From positions 248,001 through 312,000 of the forward strand of contig JANHCV010000017.1 in assembly GCA_025594325.1 (NCBI GenBank): DNA of 64,000 nt, in the 5' to 3' direction. Position numbers and translations under genes: made by a program. This DNA comes from Blastocladiella emersonii ATCC 22665 (taxonomy: Eukaryota; Fungi; Blastocladiomycota). The notes under the pieces are model-generated. The model did no database searches and was not told where the DNA came from. It saw nothing but the letters and a program-made list of their open reading frames with translations. Shown piece by piece: positions 8,934 through 24,295 of this stretch. Each line of letters opens with the position of its first letter. Position 1 is the stretch's first letter.

Positions 8934-11900
8934 AACAACATTGCTCACGCAATGGATCATGTATTTTATGGCAAGTAGTCTGCGAAGCAGAGACGGGGAT
9001 GTCCGGCCCAATCGGACCCTCCACGGATCACAATATGCACGCAATGAATTGACTGATGATAGGGATGTACCAAACCAGCCACGTAGACAATTGTCGTGGT
9101 TGTCGAACAAAACCATATTCAAATCTTTGGCAACGCGCCTGTCCAGCTAGCCAGGGACCCATGAATCACAGTATCGACCCAACAAGATATTAGACCATGG
9201 TAATATAGTAAACCAACCTCGTACATAATTGTCATGGTACTCAAACAAAACCATATTCAAGTCTTTGCTTTCCCGCATATCCAGCTGGCCAGGGACCCAT
9301 AAATCACAGTATCGAACGAACAAGATATCTTACCATGGAAATATAGTTAACCAGCCACGCGGACAATTGTCATGGTACTCAATCGAGACCACATTCAAGT
9401 CTTTGCTCTCCCGCATGTCAAGCTGGTTGAAGGCCCATTAATCACAGTATCGACCCAACAAGATATTTGACCATGGAAACATAGTAAACCAGCCACGCGG
9501 ATAATTGTCATGGTACTCAATCAAAACCATATTCATATTTTTGCTTCCCCGTATGTCAAGCTGGTTGAAGACCCATAACTCACAGTATCGACCCAACAAG
9601 ATATTTGACCATGGAAACATAGTAAACCAGCCACGCGGATAATTGTCATGGTACTCAATCAAAACCATATTCATATTTTTGCTTCCCCGCATGTCAAGCT
9701 GGTTGAAGACCCATAAATCACAGTATCGAACCAACAAAATATCTGACCATGGAAATATAGTTAACCAGCCACGCGGACAATTGTCATGGTACTCAATCGA
9801 AACCACATTCAAGTCTTTGCTCTCCCGCATGTCAAGCTGGTTGAAGGCCCATTAATCACAGTATCGACCCAACAAGATATTTGACCATGGAAACATAGTA
9901 AACCAGCCACGCGGATAATTGTCATGGTACTCAATCAAAACCATATTCAAGTCTTTGCTTTCCCGCACGTCCAGCTGGTTGAAGGCCCATAAATCACAGT
10001 ATCGACCCAACAAAGTATCTGACAACCGAAATATAGCAGACAATCCACGCAGACAATTGTCATGCCACCTAATCAAAACCATATTCAAGTCTTTGCTTTC
10101 CCACATGTCAAGCTGGTTGAAGGCCCATAAATCACAGTATCGAACCAACGAAATATCTGACCATGGAAATATAGTAAAGCAGCCACGCAGATAATTGTCA
10201 TGGTACTTAATCAAAACCATATTCATATTTTTGCTTCCCCGCATGTCAAGCTGGTTGAAGGCCCATAAATCACAGTATCGAACGAACAAGATATCTTACC
10301 ATGGAAATATAGTTAACCAGCCACGCAAATGATTGTCATGCCACTTAATCAAAACCATACTCAAATGGTCGATTACCCTCACGTCCAAGCGGCCAAGGAC
10401 CCAAACCGCCAGATACCCAAATCTACGACCACGTTGCGCACACTCCACTAGCCAACTCTTCGATCCCCTAATTATGGAGCCCGTCGTCAAAGTCCACGGT
10501 CCAATCAACGAGGTAAACAGCGAACTTGTCAAACTGCCAACCTGCCAACCAAACACCCACGCCGCTTCTCAAGCCACGGTGGGCCCGCGCATTTGCGTTG
10601 CCGTCCCAGCCAACGAAGGAATGACTGATGAGCCCTGGTAGCCTGCTAGACTGACAGCCTGACAGCGCCCGCTCAGTTGCTATTATCTATCTCGTAGGTA
10701 GTCTGGGAGGAGTTCGTTAGTCGATACGCGACCAGTCTCCTCCTGGCTGCCCGCTCTGCTGCCATCTCCAAGGCCCGCATGAAGATGGGCCAGGGAGGTT
10801 TACGAGCATTTCCTATCTCTCCTCTCTCCGTGTGAAACCATTCACCCGCGGACGGATGCGCACCACGCACCGTGCACCGCGCACCGCGCACCGCGCACCG
10901 CGCACCGTGCACCGCGCACCGCGCACCGCGCACAGCGCACCGCGGACAGCGCCCGATGCACCACACGCTGCGCACACGGCGCCAACGGCCACGCTGGTGT
11001 CACGCACACACACTCGCATGAACGGCAAGCAGGCAAGGCTTCCTCAACTCAACCATGATCCATCGTCCATGTCTGCTCGCTCCAACGGGTGCGCCTGCCT
11101 ACCCTCCCAGTGCCATCGATTGATTGATTCATGTCCAGTGCTGCCCATGCTTTCATGGCCGCGGGGTCCGTCAGAACGCCTTGCAATGCGTGCGCCTGCA
11201 TGCACCTGCACTGCAGAGCGCTGCAGAGGGCTGCACAGCGCTGCGGAGGGCTGCAGAGGGCTAAGGCGGCAGGGCTTCTCCTCCTGCAGGGGACAGTACC
11301 AAGGCCAAGGAGTGCTAGTGACTACTAACGGAATGGTGATTGGCCCCCTTCACACGCTCCTGGCAGGACTGCGTGTGGGCGTGCGGGCGTTTGTGCGTGC
11401 GTGCCTTGATTCGTCCACCATCATACGCGCAAAGTGACCAAGTGACCAAGTGACCAAGTGACCAAGTGACCAAGGTGACCAAGGTGACCAAGGTGACCAA
11501 GGTGACCAAGGTGACCAAGTGACACACAAGCACCAAGCTAGGGTGGCCGGGCGGCCATGGAACGTACTGCATGGGAACCATTACCGTGGACTGGCCGCGG
11601 CCATTTATCGCAGCACAGCCCTGCCTGGCTCAGGACGCGGCGGGCGTGGGAGGCAGGCAGGGTAGATCGGTAGCAGCAGCAGGACCTGGCTAGCTGGCTG
11701 TCAAACAACACAAGTGAAGGGGTGCGTGAGGGAGGGTGTGTTGAATGAATGGATGGGTGGATGCAGGCAGAGAGAGACCTTCATACGTGTCGTGGGTGAT
11801 GAGGATTGGTTGGCCACCATCCACCAACGCCATGGCATGGCTGCGGGTGTCGCTGCGTGCGCCTTGGCGGGTGGTGTTGGTGGGTGGGTGGTCTTGGTGG

Positions 11901-12010
11901 GTGCTGTGGTGGTAGTGGAGCTAGAGTGGTGCCGTGGGGCTCTTGGGGTCCCCTTTCCTTCCTGTCTGGCCTAGGTGGGTCGGCGGACGCAGCGCGCATG
12001 CGGGCAAGGT
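8934..12010. repeat. Unit U4 (3077 bp): 9 monomers, octamer/nonamer 5+5
   Basis: 3069+8. Confidence 0.95.
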
Positions 12011-15000
12011 AACAACATTGCTCACGCAATGGATCATGTATTTTATGGCAAGTAGTCTGCGAAGCAGAGACGGGGATGTCCGGCCCAATCGGACCCTCCA
12101 CGGATCACAATATGCACGCAATGAATTGACTGATGATAGGGATGTACCAAACCAGCCACGTAGACAATTGTCGTGGTTGTCGAACAAAACCATATTCAAA
12201 TCTTTGGCAACGCGCCTGTCCAGCTAGCCAGGGACCCATGAATCACAGTATCGACCCAACAAGATATTAGACCATGGTAATATAGTAAACCAACCTCGTA
12301 CATAATTGTCATGGTACTCAAACAAAACCATATTCAAGTCTTTGCTTTCCCGCATATCCAGCTGGCCAGGGACCCATAAATCACAGTATCGAACGAACAA
12401 GATATCTTACCATGGAAATATAGTTAACCAGCCACGCGGACAATTGTCATGGTACTCAATCGAGACCACATTCAAGTCTTTGCTCTCCCGCATGTCAAGC
12501 TGGTTGAAGGCCCATTAATCACAGTATCGACCCAACAAGATATTTGACCATGGAAACATAGTAAACCAGCCACGCGGATAATTGTCATGGTACTCAATCA
12601 AAACCATATTCAAGTCTTTGCTTTCCCGCACGTCCAGCTGGTTGAAGACCCATAACTCACAGTATCGACCCAACAAGATATTTGACCATGGAAACATAGT
12701 AAACCAGCCACGCGGATAATTGTCATGGTACTCAATCAAAACCATATTCATATTTTTGCTTCCCCGCATGTCAAGCTGGTTGAAGACCCATAAATCACAG
12801 TATCGAACCAACAAAATATCTGACCATGGAAATATAGTTAACCAGCCACGCGGACAATTGTCATGGTACTCAATCGAAACCACATTCAAGTCTTTGCTCT
12901 CCCGCATGTCAAGCTGGTTGAAGGCCCATTAATCACAGTATCGACCCAACAAGATATTTGACCATGGAAACATAGTAAACCAGCCACGCGGATAATTGTC
13001 ATGGTACTCAATCAAAACCATATTCAAGTCTTTGCTTTCCCGCACGTCCAGCTGGTTGAAGGCCCATAAATCACAGTATCGACCCAACAAAGTATCTGAC
13101 AACCGAAATATAGCAGACAATCCACGCAGACAATTGTCATGCCACCTAATCAAAACCATATTCAAGTCTTTGCTTTCCCACATGTCAAGCTGGTTGAAGG
13201 CCCATAAATCACAGTATCGAACCAACGAAATATCTGACCATGGAAATATAGTAAAGCAGCCACGCAGATAATTGTCATGGTACTTAATCAAAACCATATT
13301 CATATTTTTGCTTCCCCGCATGTCAAGCTGGTTGAAGGCCCATAAATCACAGTATCGAACGAACAAGATATCTTACCATGGAAATATAGTTAACCAGCCA
13401 CGCAAATGATTGTCATGCCACTTAATCAAAACCATACTCAAATGGTCGATTACCCTCACGTCCAAGCGGCCAAGGACCCAAACCGCCAGATACCCAAATC
13501 TACGACCACGTTGCGCACACTCCACTAGCCAACTCTTCGATCCCCTAATTATGGAGCCCGTCGTCAAAGTCCACGGTCCAATCAACGAGGTAAACAGCGA
13601 ACTTGTCAAACTGCCAACCTGCCAACCAAACACCCACGCCGCTTCTCAAGCCACGGTGGGCCCGCGCATTTGCGTTGCCGTCCCAGCCAACGAAGGAATG
13701 ACTGATGAGCCCTGGTAGCCTGCTAGACTGACAGCCTGACAGCGCCCGCTCAGTTGCTATTATCTATCTCGTAGGTAGTCTGGGAGGAGTTCGTTAGTCG
13801 ATACGCGACCAGTCTCCTCCTGGCTGCCCGCTCTGCTGCCATCTCCAAGGCCCGCATGAAGATGGGCCAGGGAGGTTTACGAGCATTTCCTATCTCTCCT
13901 CTCTCCGTGTGAAACCATTCACCCGCGGACGGATGCGCACCACGCACCGTGCACCGCGCACCGCGCACCGCGCACCGCGCACCGTGCACCGCGCACCGCG
14001 CACCGCGCACAGCGCACCGCGGACAGCGCCCGATGCACCACACGCTGCGCACACGGCGCCAACGGCCACGCTGGTGTCACGCACACACACTCGCATGAAC
14101 GGCAAGCAGGCAAGGCTTCCTCAACTCAACCATGATCCATCGTCCATGTCTGCTCGCTCCAACGGGTGCGCCTGCCTACCCTCCCAGTGCCATCGATTGA
14201 TTGATTCATGTCCAGTGCTGCCCATGCTTTCATGGCCGCGGGGTCCGTCAGAACGCCTTGCAATGCGTGCGCCTGCATGCACCTGCACTGCAGAGCGCTG
14301 CAGAGGGCTGCACAGCGCTGCGGAGGGCTGCAGAGGGCTAAGGCGGCAGGGCTTCTCCTCCTGCAGGGGACAGTACCAAGGCCAAGGAGTGCTAGTGACT
14401 ACTAACGGAATGGTGATTGGCCCCCTTCACACGCTCCTGGCAGGACTGCGTGTGGGCGTGCGGGCGTTTGTGCGTGCGTGCCTTGATTCGTCCACCATCA
14501 TACGCGCAAAGTGACCAAGTGACCAAGTGACCAAGTGACCAAGTGACCAAGTGACCAAGGTGACCAAGGTGACCAAGGTGACCAAGGTGACCAAGTGACA
14601 CACAAGCACCAAGCTAGGGTGGCCGGGCGGCCATGGAACGTACTGCATGGGAACCATTACCGTGGACTGGCCGCGGCCATTTATCGCAGCACAGCCCTGC
14701 CTGGCTCAGGACGCGGCGGGCGTGGGAGGCAGGCAGGGTAGATCGGTAGCAGCAGCAGGACCTGGCTAGCTGGCTGTCAAACAACACAAGTGAAGGGGTG
14801 CGTGAGGGAGGGTGTGTTGAATGAATGGATGGGTGGATGCAGGCAGAGAGAGACCTTCATACGTGTCGTGGGTGATGAGGATTGGTTGGCCACCATCCAC
14901 CAACGCCATGGCATGGCTGCGGGTGTCGCTGCGTGCGCCTTGGCGGGTGGTGTTGGTGGGTGGGTGGTCTTGGTGGGTGCTGTGGTGGTAGTGGAGCTAG

Positions 15001-15086
15001 AGTGGTGCCGTGGGGCTCTTGGGGTCCCCTTTCCTTCCTGTCTGGCCTAGGTGGGTCGGCGGACGCAGCGCGCATGCGGGCAAGGT
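12011..15086. repeat. Unit U5 (3076 bp): 9 monomers, octamer/nonamer 6+4
   Basis: 3069+16-9; m4 carries an m7-type patch. Confidence 0.95.
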
Positions 15087-18000
15087 AACAACATTGCTCA
15101 CGCAATGGATCATGTATTTTATGGCAAGTAGTCTGCGAAGCAGAGACGGGGATGTCCGGCCCAATCGGACCCTCCACGGATCACAATATGCACGCAATGA
15201 ATTGACTGATGATAGGGATGTACCAAACCAGCCACGTAGACAATTGTCGTGGTTGTCGAACAAAACCATATTCAAATCTTTGGCAACGCGCCTGTCCAGC
15301 TAGCCAGGGACCCATGAATCACAGTATCGACCCAACAAGATATTAGACCATGGTAATATAGTAAACCAACCTCGTACATAATTGTCATGGTACTCAAACA
15401 AAACCATATTCAAGTCTTTGCTTTCCCGCATATCCAGCTGGCCAGGGACCCATAAATCACAGTATCGAACGAACAAGATATCTTACCATGGAAATATAGT
15501 TAACCAGCCACGCGGACAATTGTCATGGTACTCAATCGAGACCACATTCAAGTCTTTGCTCTCCCGCATGTCAAGCTGGTTGAAGGCCCATTAATCACAG
15601 TATCGACCCAACAAGATATTTGACCATGGAAACATAGTAAACCAGCCACGCGGATAATTGTCATGGTACTCAATCAAAACCATATTCATATTTTTGCTTC
15701 CCCGTATGTCAAGCTGGTTGAAGACCCATAACTCACAGTATCGACCCAACAAGATATTTGACCATGGAAACATAGTAAACCAGCCACGCGGATAATTGTC
15801 ATGGTACTCAATCAAAACCATATTCATATTTTTGCTTCCCCGCATGTCAAGCTGGTTGAAGACCCATAAATCACAGTATCGAACCAACAAAATATCTGAC
15901 CATGGAAATATAGTTAACCAGCCACGCGGACAATTGTCATGGTACTCAATCGAAACCACATTCAAGTCTTTGCTCTCCCGCATGTCAAGCTGGTTGAAGG
16001 CCCATTAATCACAGTATCGACCCAACAAGATATTTGACCATGGAAACATAGTAAACCAGCCACGCGGATAATTGTCATGGTACTCAATCAAAACCATATT
16101 CAAGTCTTTGCTTTCCCGCACGTCCAGCTGGTTGAAGGCCCATAAATCACAGTATCGACCCAACAAAGTATCTGACAACCGAAATATAGCAGACAATCCA
16201 CGCAGACAATTGTCATGCCACCTAATCAAAACCATATTCAAGTCTTTGCTTTCCCACATGTCAAGCTGGTTGAAGGCCCATAAATCACAGTATCGAACCA
16301 ACGAAATATCTGACCATGGAAATATAGTAAAGCAGCCACGCAGATAATTGTCATGGTACTTAATCAAAACCATATTCATATTTTTGCTTCCCCGCATGTC
16401 AAGCTGGTTGAAGGCCCATAAATCACAGTATCGAACGAACAAGATATCTTACCATGGAAATATAGTTAACCAGCCACGCAAATGATTGTCATGCCACTTA
16501 ATCAAAACCATACTCAAATGGTCGATTACCCTCACGTCCAAGCGGCCAAGGACCCAAACCGCCAGATACCCAAATCTACGACCACGTTGCGCACACTCCA
16601 CTAGCCAACTCTTCGATCCCCTAATTATGGAGCCCGTCGTCAAAGTCCACGGTCCAATCAACGAGGTAAACAGCGAACTTGTCAAACTGCCAACCTGCCA
16701 ACCAAACACCCACGCCGCTTCTCAAGCCACGGTGGGCCCGCGCATTTGCGTTGCCGTCCCAGCCAACGAAGGAATGACTGATGAGCCCTGGTAGCCTGCT
16801 AGACTGACAGCCTGACAGCGCCCGCTCAGTTGCTATTATCTATCTCGTAGGTAGTCTGGGAGGAGTTCGTTAGTCGATACGCGACCAGTCTCCTCCTGGC
16901 TGCCCGCTCTGCTGCCATCTCCAAGGCCCGCATGAAGATGGGCCAGGGAGGTTTACGAGCATTTCCTATCTCTCCTCTCTCCGTGTGAAACCATTCACCC
17001 GCGGACGGATGCGCACCACGCACCGTGCACCGCGCACCGCGCACCGCGCACCGCGCACCGTGCACCGCGCACAGCGCACCGCGGACAGCGCCCGATGCAC
17101 CACACGCTGCGCACACGGCGCCAACGGCCACGCTGGTGTCACGCACACACACTCGCATGAACGGCAAGCAGGCAAGGCTTCCTCAACTCAACCATGATCC
17201 ATCGTCCATGTCTGCTCGCTCCAACGGGTGCGCCTGCTTACCCTCCCAGTGCCATCGATTGATTGATTCATGTCCAGTGCTGCCCATGCTTTCATGGCCG
17301 CGGGGTCCGTCAGAACGCCTTGCAATGCGTGCGCCTGCATGCACCTGCACTGCAGAGCGCTGCAGAGGGCTGCACAGCGCTGCGGAGGGCTGCAGAGGGC
17401 TAAGGCGGCAGGGCTTCTCCTCCTGCAGGGGACAGTACCAAGGCCAAGGAGTGCTAGTGACTACTAACGGAATGGTGATTGGCCCCCTTCACACGCTCCT
17501 GGCAGGACTGCGTGTGGGCGTGCGGGCGTTTGTGCGTGCGTGCCTTGATTCGTCCACCATCATACGCGCAAAGTGACCAAGTGACCAAGTGACCAAGTGA
17601 CCAAGTGACCAAGTGACCAAGGTGACCAAGGTGACCAAGGTGACCAAGGTGACCAAGGTGACCAAGTGACACACAAGCACCAAGCTAGGGTGGCCGGGCG
17701 GCCATGGAACGTACTGCATGGGAACCATTACCGTGGACTGGCCGCGGCCATTTATCGCAGCACAGCCCTGCCTGGCTCAGGACGCGGCGGGCGTGGGAGG
17801 CAGGCAGGGTAGATCGGTAGCAGCAGCAGGACCTGGCTAGCTGGCTGTCAAACAACACAAGTGAAGGGGTGCGTGAGGGAGGGTGTGTTGAATGAATGGA
17901 TGGGTGGATGCAGGCAGAGAGAGACCTTCGTACGTGTCGTGGGTGATGAGGATTGGTTGGCCACCATCCACCAACGCCATGGCATGGCTGCGGGTGTCGC

Positions 18001-18157
18001 TGCGTGCGCCTTGGCGGGTGGTGTTGGTGGGTGGGTGGTCTTGGTGGGTGCTGTGGTGGTAGTGGAGCTAGAGTGGTGCCGTGGGGCTCTTGGGGTCCCC
18101 TTTCCTTCCTGTCTGGCCTAGGTGGGTCGGCGGACGCAGCGCGCATGCGGGCAAGGT
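15087..18157. repeat. Unit U6 (3071 bp): U1-type
   Basis: 11 heptamers, 6+5, T17238, G17930. Confidence 0.95.
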
Positions 18158-21100
18158 AACAACATTGCTCACGCAATGGATCATGTATTTTATGGCAAGT
18201 AGTCTGCGAAGCAGAGACGGGGATGTCCGGCCCAATCGGACCCTCCACGGATCACAATATGCACGCAATGAATTGACTGATGATAGGGATGTACCAAACC
18301 AGCAACGTAGACAATTGTCGTGGTTGTCGAACAAAACCATATTCAAATCTTTGGCAACGCGCCTGTCCAGCTAGCCAGGGACCCATGAATCACAGTATCG
18401 ACCCAACAAGATATTAGACCATGGTAATATAGTAAACCAACCTCGTACATAATTGTCATGGTACTCAAACAAAACCATATTCAAGTCTTTGCTTTCCCGC
18501 ATATCCAGCTGGCCAGGGACCCATAAATCACAGTATCGAACGAACAAGATATCTTACCATGGAAATATAGTTAACCAGCCACGCGGACAATTGTCATGGT
18601 ACTCAATCGAGACCACATTCAAGTCTTTGCTCTCCCGCATGTCAAGCTGGTTGAAGGCCCATTAATCACAGTATCGACCCAACAAGATATTTGACCATGG
18701 AAACATAGTAAACCAGCCACGCGGATAATTGTCATGGTACTCAATCAAAACCATATTCATATTTTTGCTTCCCCGTATGTCAAGCTGGTTGAAGACCCAT
18801 AACTCACAGTATCGACCCAACAAGATATTTGACCATGGAAACATAGTAAACCAGCCACGCGGATAATTGTCATGGTACTCAATCAAAACCATATTCATAT
18901 TTTTGCTTCCCCGCATGTCAAGCTGGTTGAAGACCCATAAATCACAGTATCGAACCAACAAAATATCTGACCATGGAAATATAGTTAACCAGCCACGCGG
19001 ACAATTGTCATGGTACTCAATCGAAACCACATTCAAGTCTTTGCTCTCCCGCATGTCAAGCTGGTTGAAGGCCCATTAATCACAGTATCGACCCAACAAG
19101 ATATTTGACCATGGAAACATAGTAAACCAGCCACGCGGATAATTGTCATGGTACTCAATCAAAACCATATTCAAGTCTTTGCTTTCCCGCACGTCCAGCT
19201 GGTTGAAGGCCCATAAATCACAGTATCGACCCAACAAAGTATCTGACAACCGAAATATAGCAGACAATCCACGCAGACAATTGTCATGCCACCTAATCAA
19301 AACCATATTCAAGTCTTTGCTTTCCCACATGTCAAGCTGGTTGAAGGCCCATAAATCACAGTATCGAACCAACGAAATATCTGACCATGGAAATATAGTA
19401 AAGCAGCCACGCAGATAATTGTCATGGTACTTAATCAAAACCATATTCATATTTTTGCTTCCCCGCATGTCAAGCTGGTTGAAGGCCCATAAATCACAGT
19501 ATCGAACGAACAAGATATCTTACCATGGAAATATAGTTAACCAGCCACGCAAATGATTGTCATGCCACTTAATCAAAACCATACTCAAATGGTCGATTAC
19601 CCTCACGTCCAAGCGGCCAAGGACCCAAACCGCCAGATACCCAAATCTACGACCACGTTGCGCACACTCCACTAGCCAACTCTTCGATCCCCTAATTATG
19701 GAGCCCGTCGTCAAAGTCCACGGTCCAATCAACGAGGTAAACAGCGAACTTGTCAAACTGCCAACCTGCCAACCAAACACCCACGCCGCTTCTCAAGCCA
19801 CGGTGGGCCCGCGCATTTGCGTTGCCGTCCCAGCCAACGAAGGAATGACTGATGAGCCCTGGTAGCCTGCTAGACTGACAGCCTGACAGCGCCCGCTCAG
19901 TTGCTATTATCTATCTCGTAGGTAGTCTGGGAGGAGTTCGTTAGTCGATACGCGACCAGTCTCCTCCTGGCTGCCCGCTCTGCTGCCATCTCCAAGGCCC
20001 GCATGAAGATGGGCCAGGGAGGTTTACGAGCATTTCCTATCTCTCCTCTCTCCGTGTGAAACCATTCACCCGCGGACGGATGCGCACCACGCACCGTGCA
20101 CCGCGCACCGCGCACCGCGCACCGCGCACCGTGCACCGCGCACCGCGCACCGCGCACAGCGCACCGCGGACAGCGCCCGATGCACCACACGCTGCGCACA
20201 CGGCGCCAACGGCCACGCTGGTGTCACGCACACACACTCGCATGAACGGCAAGCAGGCAAGGCTTCCTCAACTCAACCATGATCCATCGTCCATGTCTGC
20301 TCGCTCCAACGGGTGCGCCTGCCTACCCTCCCAGTGCCATCGATTGATTGATTCATGTCCAGTGCTGCCCATGCTTTCATGGCCGCGGGGTCCGTCAGAA
20401 CGCCTTGCAATGCGTGCGCCTGCATGCACCTGCACTGCAGAGCGCTGCAGAGGGCTGCACAGCGCTGCGGAGGGCTGCAGAGGGCTAAGGCGGCAGGGCT
20501 TCTCCTCCTGCAGGGGACAGTACCAAGGCCAAGGAGTGCTAGTGACTACTAACGGAATGGTGATTGGCCCCCTTCACACGCTCCTGGCAGGACTGCGTGT
20601 GGGCGTGCGGGCGTTTGTGCGTGCGTGCCTTGATTCGTCCACCATCATACGCGCAAAGTGACCAAGTGACCAAGTGACCAAGTGACCAAGGTGACCAAGG
20701 TGACCAAGGTGACCAAGGTGACCAAGGTGACCAAGTGACACACAAGCACCAAGCTAGGGTGGCCGGGCGGCCATGGAACGTACTGCATGGGAACCATTAC
20801 CGTGGACTGGCCGCGGCCATTTATCGCAGCACAGCCCTGCCTGGCTCAGGACGCGGCGGGCGTGGGAGGCAGGCAGGGTAGATCGGTAGCAGCAGCAGGA
20901 CCTGGCTAGCTGGCTGTCAAACAACACAAGTGAAGGGGTGCGTGAGGGAGGGTGTGTTGAATGAATGGATGGGTGGATGCAGGCAGAGAGAGACCTTCAT
21001 ACGTGTCGTGGGTGATGAGGATTGGTTGGCCACCATCCACCAACGCCATGGCATGGCTGCGGGTGTCGCTGCGTGCGCCTTGGCGGGTGGTGTTGGTGGG

Positions 21101-24100
21101 TGGGTGGTCTTGGTGGGTGCTGTGGTGGTAGTGGAGCTAGAGTGGTGCCGTGGGGCTCTTGGGGTCCCCTTTCCTTCCTGTCTGGCCTAGGTGGGTCGGC
21201 GGACGCAGCGCGCATGCGGGCAAGGTAACAACATTGCTCACGCAATGGATCATGTATTTTATGGCAAGTAGTCTGCGAAGCAGAGACGGGGATGTCCGGC
21301 CCAATCGGACCCTCCACGGATCACAATATGCACGCAATGAATTGACTGATGATAGGGATGTACCAAACCAGCCACGTAGACAATTGTCGTGGTTGTCGAA
21401 CAAAACCATATTCAAATCTTTGGCAACGCGCCTGTCCAGCTAGCCAGGGACCCATGAATCACAGTATCGACCCAACAAGATATTAGACCATGGTAATATA
21501 GTAAACCAACCTCGTACATAATTGTCATGGTACTCAAACAAAACCATATTCAAGTCTTTGCTTTCCCGCATATCCAGCTGGCCAGGGACCCATAAATCAC
21601 AGTATCGAACGAACAAGATATCTTACCATGGAAATATAGTTAACCAGCCACGCGGACAATTGTCATGGTACTCAATCGAGACCACATTCAAGTCTTTGCT
21701 CTCCCGCATGTCAAGCTGGTTGAAGGCCCATTAATCACAGTATCGACCCAACAAGATATTTGACCATGGAAACATAGTAAACCAGCCACGCGGATAATTG
21801 TCATGGTACTCAATCAAAACCATATTCATATTTTTGCTTCCCCGTATGTCAAGCTGGTTGAAGACCCATAACTCACAGTATCGACCCAACAAGATATTTG
21901 ACCATGGAAACATAGTAAACCAGCCACGCGGATAATTGTCATGGTACTCAATCAAAACCATATTCATATTTTTGCTTCCCCGCATGTCAAGCTGGTTGAA
22001 GACCCATAAATCACAGTATCGAACCAACAAAATATCTGACCATGGAAATATAGTTAACCAGCCACGCGGACAATTGTCATGGTACTCAATCGAAACCACA
22101 TTCAAGTCTTTGCTCTCCCGCATGTCAAGCTGGTTGAAGGCCCATTAATCACAGTATCGACCCAACAAGATATTTGACCATGGAAACATAGTAAACCAGC
22201 CACGCGGATAATTGTCATGGTACTCAATCAAAACCATATTCAAGTCTTTGCTTTCCCGCACGTCCAGCTGGTTGAAGGCCCATAAATCACAGTATCGACC
22301 CAACAAAGTATCTGACAACCGAAATATAGCAGACAATCCACGCAGACAATTGTCATGCCACCTAATCAAAACCATATTCAAGTCTTTGCTTTCCCACATG
22401 TCAAGCTGGTTGAAGGCCCATAAATCACAGTATCGAACCAACGAAATATCTGACCATGGAAATATAGTAAAGCAGCCACGCAGATAATTGTCATGGTACT
22501 TAATCAAAACCATATTCATATTTTTGCTTCCCCGCATGTCAAGCTGGTTGAAGGCCCATAAATCACAGTATCGAACGAACAAGATATCTTACCATGGAAA
22601 TATAGTTAACCAGCCACGCAAATGATTGTCATGCCACTTAATCAAAACCATACTCAAATGGTCGATTACCCTCACGTCCAAGCGGCCAAGGACCCAAACC
22701 GCCAGATACCCAAATCTACGACCACGTTGCGCACACTCCACTAGCCAACTCTTCGATCCCCTAATTATGGAGCCCGTCGTCAAAGTCCACGGTCCAATCA
22801 ACGAGGTAAACAGCGAACTTGTCAAACTGCCAACCTGCCAACCAAACACCCACGCCGCTTCTCAAGCCACGGTGGGCCCGCGCATTTGCGTTGCCGTCCC
22901 AGCCAACGAAGGAATGACTGATGAGCCCTGGTAGCCTGCTAGACTGACAGCCTGACAGCGCCCGCTCAGTTGCTATTATCTATCTCGTAGGTAGTCTGGG
23001 AGGAGTTCGTTAGTCGATACGCGACCAGTCTCCTCCTGGCTGCCCGCTCTGCTGCCATCTCCAAGGCCCGCATGAAGATGGGCCAGGGAGGTTTACGAGC
23101 ATTTCCTATCTCTCCTCTCTCCGTGTGAAACCATTCACCCGCGGACGGATGCGCACCACGCACCGTGCACCGCGCACCGCGCACCGCGCACCGCGCACCG
23201 TGCACCGCGCACCGCGCACCGCGCACAGCGCACCGCGGACAGCGCCCGATGCACCACACGCTGCGCACACGGCGCCAACGGCCACGCTGGTGTCACGCAC
23301 ACACACTCGCATGAACGGCAAGCAGGCAAGGCTTCCTCAACTCAACCATGATCCATCGTCCATGTCTGCTCGCTCCAACGGGTGCGCCTGCCTACCCTCC
23401 CAGTGCCATCGATTGATTGATTCATGTCCAGTGCTGCCCATGCTTTCATGGCCGCGGGGTCCGTCAGAACGCCTTGCAATGCGTGCGCCTGCATGCACCT
23501 GCACTGCAGAGCGCTGCAGAGGGCTGCACAGCGCTGCGGAGGGCTGCAGAGGGCTAAGGCGGCAGGGCTTCTCCTCCTGCAGGGGACAGTACCAAGGCCA
23601 AGGAGTGCTAGTGACTACTAACGGAATGGTGATTGGCCCCCTTCACACGCTCCTGGCAGGACTGCGTGTGGGCGTGCGGGCGTTTGTGCGTGCGTGCCTT
23701 GATTCGTCCACCATCATACGCGCAAAGTGACCAAGTGACCAAGTGACCAAGTGACCAAGGTGACCAAGGTGACCAAGGTGACCAAGGTGACCAAGGTGAC
23801 CAAGTGACACACAAGCACCAAGCTAGGGTGGCCGGGCGGCCATGGAACGTACTGCATGGGAACCATTACCGTGGACTGGCCGCGGCCATTTATCGCAGCA
23901 CAGCCCTGCCTGGCTCAGGACGCGGCGGGCGTGGGAGGCAGGCAGGGTAGATCGGTAGCAGCAGCAGGACCTGGCTAGCTGGCTGTCAAACAACACAAGT
24001 GAAGGGGTGCGTGAGGGAGGGTGTGTTGAATGAATGGATGGGTGGATGCAGGCAGAGAGAGACCTTCATACGTGTCGTGGGTGATGAGGATTGGTTGGCC

Positions 24101-24295
24101 ACCATCCACCAACGCCATGGCATGGCTGCGGGTGTCGCTGCGTGCGCCTTGGCGGGTGGTGTTGGTGGGTGGGTGGTCTTGGTGGGTGCTGTGGTGGTAG
24201 TGGAGCTAGAGTGGTGCCGTGGGGCTCTTGGGGTCCCCTTTCCTTCCTGTCTGGCCTAGGTGGGTCGGCGGACGCAGCGCGCATGCGGGCAAGGT
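18158..24295. repeat. Units U7-U8 (3069 bp each): modal type
   Basis: 9 monomers, 13 heptamers, 4+5; U7 carries A18304. Confidence 0.95.
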
